Positions 35,197-48,600 of a DNA stretch of 64,000 nt are shown here, piece by piece. This DNA comes from Vicugna vicugna. Lineage: Eukaryota. The translations under genes were made by a program, and so were the position numbers. The stretch is taken from positions 1 through 64,000 of the forward strand of contig MU058654.1 in assembly GCA_013265495.1 (NCBI GenBank). Reading direction: 5' to 3'. Position 1 is the stretch's first letter, and the number at the start of each line of letters is the position of its first letter. The notes beneath the pieces are model-generated. The model was not told the origin of the DNA. It made no database searches and saw only the letters and a program-made list of their open reading frames with translations.

Positions 35197-36521
35197 CACT
35201 TTGAGTCTGAACCTCTTATCAAATGGGGTATCCCTTGATATCCAGCAAAACTGTAAGTTACATTACTCAAGTTTAGATTCCTTGAACAGGTGTCATGATG
35301 GCAAAGGGTAAGGACACTTGCTGGAGCCCTGTTACTGTGTTTAGGCCTCAGTGGGCACTACCGAGTTGGAAGACAAAACTCACCAACTTTGCATTTTGCC
35401 CATGTCTTATTTTGCACAAGTGTGTTTACTTTCCTATGTTAATTTCTTCCAAATTGGATGCATGAAGAGGGGATTGAGTTTTGAGAACCGTTGTAAGAAA
35501 GCAGGGCTGGGGTAAAGACAGCATTTAACAAAATGCTGCTTGGCATTAGAAACAGTTGAGACTTTCCCCATTACTTTTATGTACATTTTATATTATTGTG
35601 CATCAATCTCCATGTTCAAAACAGTGAAGTCCCATCAGCGCAAGCTAACGTTGTACCTGCCACGGGAGGTATCTGTTCTCTTACTTCCTCCGGACTGCCC
35701 TTGACAATGGACTCTTAAATCCAAGTGGGAAGCCCAGGTTAGCTGGCTTGGGTTCCTTCTTTTTCGTTTGTGTGGCTCTTTCTTGTCCCTCAAGAGTCAG
35801 GTCACACACTAAGCAGGATGGAAAACCATCTTCTGGGACCAGCTGGAGATGCTTCTCTTCTTAACTTGAGACCCATAAATGGTATTTAGGAGTCCTGTGA
35901 GCCCTCTAAATAATATGTAAAAAGTTACATGTGAACATACAACTTGTCTCATATAATTTATCAAATGTCACAACCTTTATCACTGTGGCTCCTCCTGAAG
36001 CTGCATTTAACTACTAAGAGCAGGTGGATGAACTGAATGACTACCCAAGTGGTCACTATTGTTATCCTATAGCTATGTCATCCCCAAGTCACCACTGCTC
36101 ATGGCTTCAGTTATAAATGCTTTTAAACATTTCAACCAGCATTATGGCTAAAATGAGTATGACTCTTACTTATAAGCAAAAACTACGTAAATAATTTAAG
36201 TGCATTAAGGACCCACTAGTATTAGTATATCACATGGGGTTTAATGTATCAAGTCAGGATTATCCTAGATCTGTAGAAAAATACAGGTAAAATACAGATC
36301 GAACTTTTTTCTTGTCTTGATGCTCTCCTTAGGTGAGTTTATTCACCTCCAGGGCTTCACCAGCACCTCAAATGCAAGTGACTCCAATGTATGTCCAGGA
36401 TCATGAAAATTCTCCACCAGTGTCCCCTGACAGGTGAACGCCAGAGACTTGAGACCTGTGTTGAGAGAGGCAGACTGTTCACAGGGAACCACAATTAGAA
36501 AACAAATCACAGTTGATACAT

Positions 36522-36542
36522 ACACACACACACACACACACA
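36522..36542. repeat. (AC)10 microsatellite
   Basis: Direct reading. Confidence 0.95.
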
Positions 36543-37494
36543 AGAGTTGGCAGGAATTGTCTTCCCTGGGATGTTCAGTGACGTTCTCCTGGCCTGCAAT
36601 GTATAGATGTTAGATGCTCTGCTTATTACATTACATTAGCCAAATTCTCTTTTAACATACAACTGCCATTCAGTGCCTTAGTGTAAGGAATACCATGTTC
36701 CTACTTTACCTGTAGGAAAATAAGATTTTCTTTTCTTGCGATGAACTGTGTAGGTTTTTCCTCATTCCATTCCCTGGCTCATTCCTGGCTTGTTGCTTTA
36801 ATATTTCTGAAAAACATAGCAAGCAAGCCATTAAAAAAAAAAATACCAACTGGTAAAGATAAATGTACTCTGGACCCATGCACAAAATGCTTGAAAGTTA
36901 AAAAAAATGAAAAATAAAAAGTAGAAAAAAATAAAAAGGGATAAGAGCTTTTCAATCAATTTGATCAAAAATTTAAGTTAATTAAAAGAAGGCTCTATTT
37001 TCCCTAGAAGGCGACAACGATCTTTATTATTAATGCGTACCAGCGTTCCATGGCTGTGCATAATGACGGCCTGTAACACCAGGAGCATTTTCATCTGGAG
37101 CCTCATTTGTTATAAAGTCTTTTCTAGCATTCTTGAAATGTGGCCTCTGCCACTGCCTCCCTCCTCCTTCTGGGCTAGTTCTGAACTCTGACAGATCGTC
37201 TTCCTTTTCTACTTTCACCTGAGAATTAATTTGCAAGATTGTTTGCAGCTTTAGTTTCCCAACCTTCCAAAAAAACAGTCATTTATAGGATTTCACTTTT
37301 CTTTCATTTTTTTCTTTATGTTTTATTAATAGAAGCTATTGTCAAAACATCATACACATGTGATCTTCTCTTCAGTGATTACAGACTTATTAGAGTGAAG
37401 AGAAAGGAGATTAAAGAGTGTCGTATTTTAATTCAAATATTGGAGTTGGGGAAGATTAATATACTCTCAAAATAAGAGTATGATGCTTAGTTGA

Positions 37495-38450
37495 GTCATT
37501 CCTACATTCATTCATGTAAATAAATATATATTGAGTGTTCTTTATATGCCCTGCACTGTATTTGACACTGGGAAGATAGAGATGCTTAAGACAGCTCCTG
37601 CAACTGAGACAGGAGGAAGGGGACAGGGTACAATCATTGAAAAAAATGACATAGTAATTGAGGACAGGACAAACTGGTTAGAACCAAGATGGCGGAAGGT
37701 CCAACTTCCAGTAGACCTTGAGCCTCATGGCACATCCCCAGGAGCCATGACAGTTCCTCGGCTGACCTTAAAAGGTCAAAAAGTGGGTGGGGCCCAATTC
37801 CTGGGAATCCTCGCCGCTTCCCCAGTAGTTAGAATAACTCTCCCACTCACTGACAAATGGAATTACCATCCCATAAAAATTCACAACCCCACACCTCGTG
37901 GGCTCTCTCTCCCTCTCTTGCCTTCTCAAACAGACTGCGCTGTGTCTCTGGAGTGTGTATCTACTTTTACTTTAAACTAAACACCCTCTCCACCTCTCCA
38001 TCTCTCTCTCCCTCTCACTTTTTTGAGGTAGCTCACATTCTGCCTATGGAGAGTGCACCTCCTAAGTCACTTTCCCTTCTGAGTGAGGTGGACCACACTC
38101 TGCCTACGGAATGTGTATCTCTCGAAATAAACTTGCTTTCACTTTACTATGCCTTCTTCTTGAATTCTTTCCTGTGGGAGGCAAGAACCTATTCTCCAGC
38201 AACACAACCAAAAATTACAGTATTTAATACCTTGGACTACTTGTTCTAGATACCAGAAGGATAAAAGGAAAATTAAGTTACTATCTCAACTTTCAAGGCA
38301 TTATGATTTCATACAAATGGATAAAATAGAGCCCAATATAGAACATTGTTCCAGCCTATGTGTGTGAAAGTCTACATGGGCCAAAGGCTTTGAAGGAAAC
38401 TCTGTGATGGAGATAGCACTTAAGTTGGATCAAGAAGGATGGACTGAATT
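37495..38450 (-). mobile_element. L2 3' end relic interrupted by the solo LTR
   Basis: cattcattcatgtaaataaatatatattgagtgttctttatatgccctgcactgt..., typical antisense L2 terminus, continuing after 38208. Confidence 0.55.
37605..38204 (+). mobile_element. ERV class I (gamma-like) solo LTR, 600 bp
   Basis: TG...CA termini (tgagacag...gcaaca), perfect 4-bp TSD caac (37601-37604, 38205-38208), TATA-like cataaaaa ~37873, AATAAA 38126-38131, YY1-type caagatggcgg 37685-37695. Confidence 0.9.
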
Positions 38451-38486
38451 TATGGTACATTAATACTGTATAATATTGTACAGCTA

Positions 38487-39157
38487 AGATTCCTCAAAAG
38501 ACTAGGAATAGACTTACCATATGACCCAGGAATCCCACTCCTGGGCTTGTACCCAGAAGGAAATCTACTTCAGGATGACACCTGCACCCCAATGTTCATA
38601 GCAGCACTATTTACAATAGCCAAAACATGGAAACAACCTAAATGTCCATCAACAGGTGACTGGATAAAGAAGAGGTGGTATATTTATACAATGGAATACT
38701 ACTCAGCCATAAAAACCGACAACATAATGCCATTTGCAGCAACATGGATGATCCTAGAGAATGTCATTCTAAGTGAAGTAAGCCAGAAAGAGAAAGAAAA
38801 ATACCATATGAGATCGCTCATATGTGGAATCTAAAAAACAAAAACAAACAAAAACAAAGCATAAATACAGGACAGAAATAGACTCATGGACAGAGAATAC
38901 AGACTTGTGGTTACCAGGGTGGGGGGCGGGGTAGAGGGTGGTAAGGGATAGACTGGGATTTCAAAATTGTAGAATAGATAAACAAGATTACACTGTATAG
39001 CACAGGGAAATATACACAAAAGGTTATGATAACTCACAGAGAAAAAAATGTGACAATGAGTGTGTATATGTCCGTGAATGACTGAAAAATTGTGCTGAAC
39101 ACTGGAATTGGACACAACACTGTAAAATGATTACGAATCAATAAAAAATGTAAAAAA
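38487..39157 (+). mobile_element. Young LINE-1 3' end (671 bp)
   Basis: ORF2 C-terminus ([16 protein letters not shown]...ICGI*) plus 3' UTR. Perfect 15-bp TSD aatattgtacagcta (38472-38486, 39158-39172). Confidence 0.97.
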
Positions 39158-42139
39158 AATATTGTACAGCTAGTTAAAACAATGAGCCAGATGAATAAGT
39201 ACACGCAATAAACCGTTGAGTAAGAAAAAGAAAGTTGTAGGGAAAAATACGTTATAATTCATTATTTGTAAAATTAAAGTCAAAGGCTCTAATGTGAGAA
39301 GGGGAGTGAATGACAGAAACATTTTCAAAAGCCGTATCGTGTTCAGGATCAGGGAAAAGATGGTGCTCTCTACAGTATATAGGCAGTAACCATCACAGGA
39401 GAAAAATATGACAATGTGAGAAGAGATTTACACTCTCTGTTGTAATCAGCAACCCAAGAGCCAAGTCAATGGCAATGTCTTCTCCCGAGTAAGACATCAC
39501 CCAGGAGTGGGGCAGGACAGCCGGGGAGGGACCACAGCCTGGAAGTCTGCTTACGTCCCTTGTAAAGAAGATTCTGGAGAAAACGATCAGCTACTCAGAA
39601 AAAATCAGTCCATGAGAGAGAAGGGTGCACCTGCGATCACACGTAACAGGAAGTTATCCAGCGATTAAACAACGGTGTACAGATATAGTATGTAAAATTG
39701 ATTTTTTTCTTGGTTCTTCTCCCAGTTTTAATATCAAGGTTTTTTTCCTGACACCTGATAAGTCATAAACTTAGTTTCCTATCTAAAAATTAGAATTTGA
39801 ACAATGATGTCTCTGAAGTGTCTTCCAACTCTAAATCCTGTGTTTCATTGTGATTAGCCTCAGAGCTAGCCCTTTTGTCCTGAGTCGCTGGCGTGTCCTT
39901 GCCTTGTAGGACCTACAGATCTGAGAACCGACGGTGCTTCTCGCCTCCCAGCAGCAGCCTGTGTTACAATATCTGTTCTCCATTTGCCATTTTCAGAATG
40001 CCTTCCTTTAACCTGTTTACCACAAATGATGAAGATCTAAAAGTGGAGTGGGCCTTTAAAGTCTCTTCTCCAATGAAGCTCTAGGAAACTTACAGACAGA
40101 TCAACAGGTGACATCTGACAAGCACATAAGACCTTCTTTACACACTAAATACAAATTATATATTTGCTCCAACTGACAAAACTGGCATTGTATTCCCTAA
40201 TCTGTTATTTTTCAGATATTGTATTATGCTATGTAAAATAATCTTTGAAATTTTTTTTAAATTTCCTTGGAACATTTCACAGATTAATCAGTGAATTACA
40301 AGCTCACAGGGAACTTCAGACTCATAGTCCAAAATCATTATTGATTTTCTCCATTCTGTATTTTTGACATTTTCGTTTACACACTTCCAATACTTCAATT
40401 TATCTGGCCTCTCATCTGCCAGCCAAGAGTGGTCTCAGCAGATAATGGTGCAGTGGGAGCTGTTCATGTGAAACAGACTGGGTTCAGATCCAGCAGAGGT
40501 CCAGAGAACAGTTTTTGATACTTGAAACCATCTAAGTCTTTACTTAGAATTTATTGCATATTCATTAGTACCTTTCTCTTTAACAAAAAAAAAAAGCACA
40601 TATGGGCATGCTCAGCTAAAAGCTAGATCACTGTTATCCATCCTATGGGAATCTATCTCCCTAACTACAAATCAAAATGCTAACAAAGTTTTCCGTGCCA
40701 CTGCTGAGTGTAAGAGGGCATCTGGGTTACAGTATGTGTTACATACTGAAACGCTGGAATTTCAGAATAGTATATGGTGACTAAGAGAGCTGGGTAATAA
40801 CTAGAATCAGAACTTCCCTGAAGAATCCAAAGCATACAGCCCTCTTAGGTGATTCATTTTAATTCAGAAATGGTATCCTCTATTATGTGCACTATCAAGA
40901 TGTTGAGTTTCTTGAAAGAAAGTCTGTATCTTATTTTGGGTCCATCTTTGCACATTGTGCAGTCCTGGGAGCACACGGGCAGGGCTGACAGTCAGCAATG
41001 AGCCCCAGTAAGGCTAAAACAATGATTTAGCTACCATCTATTCTGCCTGTCAGCGCCCATACCATACTAGTTGCTAAATATTTTTATAGTGTTCTCTCTC
41101 TTTGTCTCTCTCTCTCTCTCTGTCTCACATTATCACAAATATGTTTCATTTTATTTTAGAGCACTGATTTTCCCAAGAGGGAATGGAATACATTGCAGAA
41201 GGGAGGCAAGACCATGTATTTTTGCATACTGACAGTGTGTTTCTTCTATGTTTTATAGGAAGGTGATATAAAATACATTCTATATACACACATATTAGTA
41301 TGTGCATACACACATGTATCTTATGCATATATATACACTCTAGAGCATATACCTGTACATGTATAATATGCATATATGCATATGTACACATACATACTTA
41401 TTATGTATCACCTCTCTGTAAAATATAGAAGAAACATACTGAGTAGTGGTATAAAAATAGATGGTCTTATCTCCCATTTGCAGTGTATTCCACTCCCTCT
41501 AGGGGAACTCTGTGCCCTAAAATAAAACATTCATCTTTGTTTTTGTAAGTATATATACCAATAACAAAAATACAAAACTAGAAGCTCATCGCGTTTGAAG
41601 GTACAGTTCTGCACAACTTAAATCTCCTGTGCCAACGGCACAGTAGCGACTTGGCTCAGGTGGCTTCCCAGTCATTTATTTAGGATTCCGGCTTATGCGC
41701 TGAGATGTGGATTCGTGCAGAGAGTCAGACAGATCTGAGTATAAGTTTCAGTCCACCAGCGTCTGAGCCCCTTGGTCTTGGTACTGTGCCCACAAAACCG
41801 CCTCACAATTTTACTGTATTGTTTTTCTAGGAAGCAGATTTTCCTCCTCTTAACTGCAACTAGGTGACATTAAATGTTTCCCTTTCTTGTCAAGCCCTCA
41901 GCTCATCCCCTTCTCAACCCACTCTATGAGTTACAGACAAGATGGAAGCCTTTAGATGAGACCTTTCTCAAAACCCGCAACCTTCCTGCAGCCATCCTCG
42001 CCTCCTCTTATTGTGATGGGAGAGATGTGTCTTCTCCTACTGGGGACTGGCCTTTTCAAATAAGCTCCCCTTCTGACTCCTCAGGAATCTTCTCCAGAAA
42101 AGCTAGTGTGATTCTCTTTCATCCGTTGATATTTATCAT

Positions 42140-42500
42140 CGCTCTAAACAACATTGATGGAATATAGACTGAGGAACTTTACAGCTAGGTGATAAAATAC
42201 TTTAACTTTACTAAATATTGATCAATCATTCTTCTAATAGCTTAAATCAATTATATTACCAGCAATAGGTAAGAGTTCTTTGCTTCACTTCCTTGTCGAC
42301 TTTTAGTACTGTCAAACTTCCTAATGTTTCCTAATCTGATGGGAGTAAAACTAGATCTTATTAAAATTTAATTTTATTTGTCTGATCATTAATGGGATTG
42401 AAAATACTTTCATATATTTATTGCCCATTCATATTTCCTCCTCTGTGAATTGTTCAAGTATTTCCCCCAATGTACATAAGATTTTTGTTTTCTTCTTTAT
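42140..42500 (-). mobile_element. Very old L1ME-type fragment
   Basis: accagcaataggtaagagttc...ctaatctgatgggagtaaaac...tttattgcccattcatatttcctcctctgtgaattg. Confidence 0.65.
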
Positions 42501-44042
42501 AATATTATTTTCCCCAAAGATCATTCCAAAAGAAAATAGTTGAACAGATGTCTTTTCAATGAACAGAGCAGAATATATAATGTTAACTTGGTCTTGGCCA
42601 CTGGATACATTTTGATTCTTTGGAAAGATGATAACAAAAAAGACTAAAGTTCATCACTAGACTATTGAGATCTCATTAAATTATAAATTGGCCATTGAGA
42701 AGGTCTCTTTTGGTGGCAATTGTTCTAGAGAAGTTGCCTTTATTAAGGTGGTCCTCTCATCTAGAAAGGATCCTGATCTAGCAACGGAGAATGCCTTGGA
42801 TGTGTCCAGGGGAGGCACTCAGAAGGGCTTGAATCCAATCCTTACTTTAACTTATCTCACTGATTATAGCATGATGTCCAGACCCTACTGACTCTTCTAA
42901 ACAGATGTGTGCAGGTGGACTGCAATCTTAAGTGTTCCTCTATAAATAAAGTTTATTAGGGGATTAAGTGATCGCTTGTCAGCCTTGAAAGGAGTGCATT
43001 GGACCCCTGAGCCTGACCGCCAGAAGATCTGAGGGATGCCCATGGAAGCTGTCTATTCTAGATCTGCCTGTGTCTCAGTACCTCTAGAGATTTCTGATTT
43101 TTTCCCTTTTTCTTTTTTTTTTCACAAAATACATGGCCCATAAGCAATGTAATGTATTAGTTTATACAGGGCATAATAAAGCATTCACGTTTTCCTCTTC
43201 CAACAGATAGAAAACAGATGTGTTTCTGAAACAGCTCAGAAAGTGAAGGTGTAAGGAAGGAAAAATCATATTTTGCTGCCAAGAAAATGAAAGAACTATA
43301 TTTTCATACTGGGGTCATGATGTGCATATGGGCTCACCTCCACACCTGGGCAAGGCCATTTGTCAATGTAAAAAGGGGAAAAAGTGAGTGGTTCACTTGA
43401 GTGTAAGTTATCTGTGTGTAATGTTTGTGGTCACATTGAGATGAATATACAAATTAATGGTAAAAATAATGAGGCAAAAGCCTCTTCAGTGGATTAAAGT
43501 TTCATCTTACTGAGTGCAGTGGAGATGACTGAGTCCTCTTCTATGGATTTTAAGATCACATTATGGTGGGAAATAGAATTAACTTATTTGACTCTCAGTC
43601 TCCTGGTGTGTAACCTGTGTATGCTGCCATACTGTTTGAGCCCAAGTACTAGTCTTAGAACTGAAGTAAGAAAAAGTATAATCTTATACTATCATTTTAG
43701 CAATGAAAAACCACCAAGTTGCAGTATGTTTTCCAGCCTTCCTCATGGTCGTAAGGCTTTATAAGTGAAGTCAGATTCAACCTAGACATTAAACCTAGTG
43801 TTATTTCTGCTAATTTGATTTACTTCTCCTGTTGGTACAGGGAAGCTTGATGATCCACTGAGGCAAGGGTATGAAAGTGTTTTTAAAAAGTCAGCCTGCA
43901 GTCAGTTACATGACTTGTATAAATTCTTAAAGAGAAAGAAAGAAAGGGAGAAAGGAAGGGAGGTGTCCTTGTTCAGGCTATGTCAATCAATTAAAAATAA
44001 ATTGAACAACAAATCATTAAGCTGAGTGCTCAGGGTGCAGGG

Positions 44043-44260
44043 CAGGGTTTCCCAGCATCAGAGCTTTTGACATTCTGAGATGGACAAGTCTCTAGGTGGG
44101 AGTGAGTTTGCCCTACACATTACAGGATGTTAAGCAACATCCCTGGGTTCTATCCACCAGATGCCAGTAGCAACTCCCCATGCCCCAGTTGGAACAACCA
44201 CAAATGTCTCCGGACATTGTAAAAATGCCCCCACCCCAACACTCGGCGGGGAACCACTTG
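44043..44260 (-). mobile_element. MER20-like hAT-Charlie DNA transposon
   Basis: ccaccagatgccagtagc...ccccagttggaacaaccacaaatgtctccggacattg...gggaaccact; degenerate terminal inverted repeats. Confidence 0.85.
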
Positions 44261-45322
44261 TGCAGTGATGTCAAGTCTGAAACTTGCTCTCTAAGGACCA
44301 TGTGCATCATAGGATGGAGGGGTAGTGTGTAGACATGTGGTACATTTCTATATGTATGTAGTGAATGCAAAGGCTGGGAAGGTTCATATTGAACATATCA
44401 TGGAAGGCTTTATGTGGGACACCAAAGAACCTTGTTTGTGTCTCTGTTTTTTGATATTTATTCTGTAAGTATGAATAACAACCAAGACTCCTATGATGGG
44501 AAATGAACCAGGAGTAAGGAGACCATAAATTCTCCCTCATAAGAAGTCAGTCTGCATTTCCTGCATCGAAAAGTTTATCATAAATTAACAAATAAATAAA
44601 CAACATAAAACTCATGCTCTGTCGAAATTCAAAGAGAACAAGAGTATATTAGTTGAAAAGATGTCATTGCCTTCAGTTCTCTCATTTTAGTTGAAATATG
44701 TTCCTTGCTCTTGTTATCTCATTGGTTACTATCATTTTCTATAGGATTGAATTAGTTTTTTTTTTGGTTTGATGTATTTGTCTGACAGTTTATGCAGCAA
44801 TTATTACCACACTACATTATCCCTGCCTACCTCTACGTACCCTTTCATTATTTTCATCTTCTAATCTCTTTCCTTCTAATCTCCTCCTTTGTTTCCCTCA
44901 AGCCTGTCTTCCATGTCAATGGTTCTGCAGGAACCATTATCTACTTCTTGCTGCTTGGGACATACTTTTCATTTCTGTAGCAATTTTTTTTGTCTGAATT
45001 TTTTGAGACCATCGAGGAGGTGTTGAAAGGAAAAAAAATGCCAGAGATTGCTAACAGGCTAGTGTAAATAGGACAAAGACTCAAAGAGGAGGTCAAGGAT
45101 AAAGACTGAAAAGCCATCTAACCTGCCAGAGCCGGGACAGAGAGGAGAGGCTGAAAGGAGCACAAAAAGAGGATGATTGTTGCTCTTGGTGAATTTGAGC
45201 CAGCGTCACAGTTTCGGAATAGGACTTCTGGATGTGGTCAAATGGACTTAGAGCAGAAGGTGGAATACTGGAATTCTTAGTGCAGGGTGGGAAAAAGAAG
45301 AGGACAATGTCAGGTGGCTGTT

Positions 45323-45369
45323 CAGGTGGACCTCCAAGATAGTGTGAGTTCAGTTCTAGACCACTGCAT
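45323..45369. mobile_element. Tigger1-like terminal fragment
   Basis: caggtggacctccaagatagtgtgagttcagttctagaccactgca resembles the Tigger1 end as I recall it (CAGGCATACCTCGGAGATATTGCGGGTTCGGTTCCAGACCACCGCA). Confidence 0.6.
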
Positions 45370-45600
45370 ATGTTTTATGTCCCCTCCTAGGGGCAGGGGT
45401 CCCAACTTGATCACGCCTCCTCCCTTCCTACCTGACTCCTTGTGGACCTTTCTTTACAGTCTTCATCGCAGAAGAGACTTTCTGCCAGTCTTCAGTTTGT
45501 TTGCAGTGAGAATTGCTCCACGTGTAAGTGTATTTTTGATGTATTCATAGGGGGAGGTTAGCTCCATGTCCTCCTGCTCTGCCATCTTGATCTCCCTCCT
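45370..45600 (-). mobile_element. Isolated L1 5' UTR (promoter-end) fragment
   Basis: Minus strand reads gatcaagatggcagagcaggaggacatggagctaacctccccc...catcaaaaatacacttacacgtggagcaattctcac, the typical start of laurasiatherian L1 5' UTRs with the YY1-type AAGATGGC. Confidence 0.7.
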
Positions 45601-48600
45601 CCATTCCTTAATAGACGAGAAACTGAGGCTTGGGAAGCAGGAAAAACTTGCCCCCAGGTCAGCCCTTCTGAGCCCAGTTTTGTTGACATGCAGTAATGAG
45701 ATGCAATCTTATCAGAGGAAGCCCCCTCTTGGGATAATTTAGTATTTTGCCAAACACCGAAGATGCAGTTGGACCACAGCTCAAGTTGCTTTCTGTTGCA
45801 GGGTTCTGTTTTGTTTCGCCTGAGTTGGCAAAGTTTCTCTGTGAGGAGTGAGAAATCTCTGCAGCTTCAGCAGGAGGCCTGCCGTCGGAGGGAGGGTGGC
45901 AGGCAGGAGCTGCTGGTTGTCAGCCTGTGAGGATGTCTTCAGGTGGTCACCGCATCTTAAACACAGCCCTGGGAGAGCTGGCGTCTCCTGGCAGGGCTGC
46001 CAAAATAATCCCACACAAATATGGACGTTTGAGCCGTTAGTAAGTAGCTTACAGCTCCTGCTGCAGCCAATTCAGCCCCCCGCTGAGAAGATACCCACCA
46101 CGTCTTGAAAGTGATGCAGAAAGACCAGCCAAGGAAGAGAATGTTTTAGGGAATTTTCGTTCCAGTGGAGAAGTCACCTATCCTGCTACCACAGTCTCAG
46201 CTGGGAGGCTGAACTGGGACAAACAGGCAGCGGCCTCTCTCGCTCTTTCTCTCTCTGTCTCCCTGTCTTTCTCTTTCTCTCTCTTTCCACGTGTGTGTTG
46301 GTGAATCCCCATTCAATACATCATGCAATTTTTCACAAATATTGATTTCGGAAGGAAAAAAAATATCTAAGCATAATTAGCTTGTCAACATGAATGTATT
46401 ACTGGTTATAATTTATTTCAGAATGTTAAAGGCGTTTGGGGTAAGGAGGCACCCTCAGCTGAAAATTTGCAATATTTTGCACCCAGTTAATGACCTTTTG
46501 CATATGGACTTGAGTAGAGTCCGTGGGTACATTTCTAGCGTCCCAGTGGGTCAGGCCTAATTGATATCATTAGCGCCCCAGTTCTTTTGCACGTGGCCTT
46601 GGACATGTGTGTGTTACCAAGAAAGCTGCTTTTGATTTATTTTGCTTTTCTTCTTCATTCTTTCCCTCTTTTCTTTCTTCCTTTCTCAAGTTCTGCTCAA
46701 AGGCCAAACTTGTGAAGGTTAAAAACGCACAATCCAACTGCAGGGTTGGAACGTTCTGGCTTGCAAATCTGTTTCTAAAGTCGGGACATCTAACGAGACG
46801 CCCTTGGCATGTCTAACGTGTAGCAAGGGAGTCCTTTTTTTTTAAAGGGGGCAGTCTGTGTAAGACACACTAAAACAGTTCAGTCATTTCTCAGATGTTT
46901 CTTGTTCTCATTGGAAGAAAAGTGTCTTCTGGCTCCAGCTGCAGCAAAGAAAAAAAAAAAGAACTTGAGGTCTCTAAATGATCTTATAAAACTCTTGTCT
47001 GTTCAGGTTCAAGTTCTGTGTACCCTCAGCTCTAAGTTTTCATTCTCAGTCTTAAACTCACAATGGAACTTTTATGGTGATTGACTCTGGTAAAAAGTCT
47101 TTAGGTTTGACTTATTTTTATTTAAGCTAAAACAATCCAATAAATATGTTCAAACTGATTGTGGTAAGTAAGCTTATGTGTTTTAGATTATTTTCAAATT
47201 TCTCCATCTGTCAAGAAAAGAGATTCTGAAAGCCATCAGCCAGAGATCATGAATTTCTGTGGATTCTGGCAGAAACCAGTGTTCCAGCGTGCCACCTAAT
47301 AGTATAGATTCAGTTATTTTGTATGTGTATTTCTAACAATTGGACCGCATTAAAATATTAAATGCCTCATTCTTTGATGTCTCTCTAAACTGAAAACGTG
47401 AGAAAAATACCATTCATTGGAGTTTTATCCTTGAGATTGTGGGGGGTAACCTCTTACATTTATTAAGTACAGCATAAATTATAGGGCATTTTCACAAGCT
47501 CTCTCTTAATTGATGCTCAAAACCATGTAAGGCGTACAGAGGATATACAATAATTAGTTTGCCTCAGTCCACACAGTTGGAAAAAAAACAGAGGCTGGTG
47601 CTCATTGCTTATAGCTTCTAGTTCAGGGTTATGTCTACCACCCATAGCAGTCTGTTTTGGGAGGGGTTCCAAATTTATAACGTGGCTTGCAAAGCTACGT
47701 GAAGTTTGTATTTCCAGGTCAGCGCTCCCTGCGTAGGCATAATACCACTTCTTGTTCTGCTAAATCAAACTTAACTATATCAAGTTTTATTTGCTTCTGT
47801 ATTTGTTTCTTTCTTTTTTTTAAACCTTCTCTGACATACTCCTCGCTGCATGAAATATTCTTCTTAGTATATTGATACACTTGCTATGGGGGAAAATATA
47901 GTTACATTCCCTACGCTGTGGGACTTCTCGAGGACTTTAATATGCTACTAAGTGTTGCCAATCTCCAAGAGGCAGACTACGAAGGGTTTGCCTAATTTAA
48001 ATAATCTTGGGAGGTAAATGATTTGCCCAAGATCGTGCAGCCTAATTAGTCATGCCACCATGTGAGGCTCTGGGTTCTCAGCCTAGGGTCCATGTCATCA
48101 CGTCATACTGACTCTGCTTCTCCAGCAGTCATTCGTCTGCTCACTTTGGTCAAAAATATTGTTTGGGAATAAGGGAATCATAGAAAGAAGCCGATATGGC
48201 GAAGGAACTGAGATTGTATAAAGGAATTGAATCACTTCCCAGCTTCCATACGAGCTGGGCATTGAAGGTGAGGGTCTTCTGAAGCTGAGAGGGCTTAAGA
48301 ACTCATCCTCAACTTGGTAGCAACTTCTTCAGACGCAGGGGATCATTTCACGTGTTCTCCAAATCAGTAGCAGTGATTGGCTCTAATTTTTCACACATGG
48401 ATTATTCCATATAAAATATTATAATCTACAAGATTAAAATAGAAATAGATAAGCTTACATCGATATCCTGCCCTAGCCACTGTTGTAGGGAATTTTTTTT
48501 TCTTTTGGAACACACATTTTAAAAAAACATCAGTACCTCCGAAGTCTCATAAATTGGCAGCGTCTGACCATTCATAAATTTCAGGAAGAGGATGTAAATG

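Noticed and set aside
37531..38249. 149-aa and 130-aa ORFs
   Set aside because: Lie within the solo LTR/L2; no gag, pol or env similarity.
41275..41410. Alternating purine-pyrimidine (TA/CA/TG) stretch with hairpin potential
   Set aside because: Degenerate low-complexity microsatellite; no support for a miRNA or other structured RNA.
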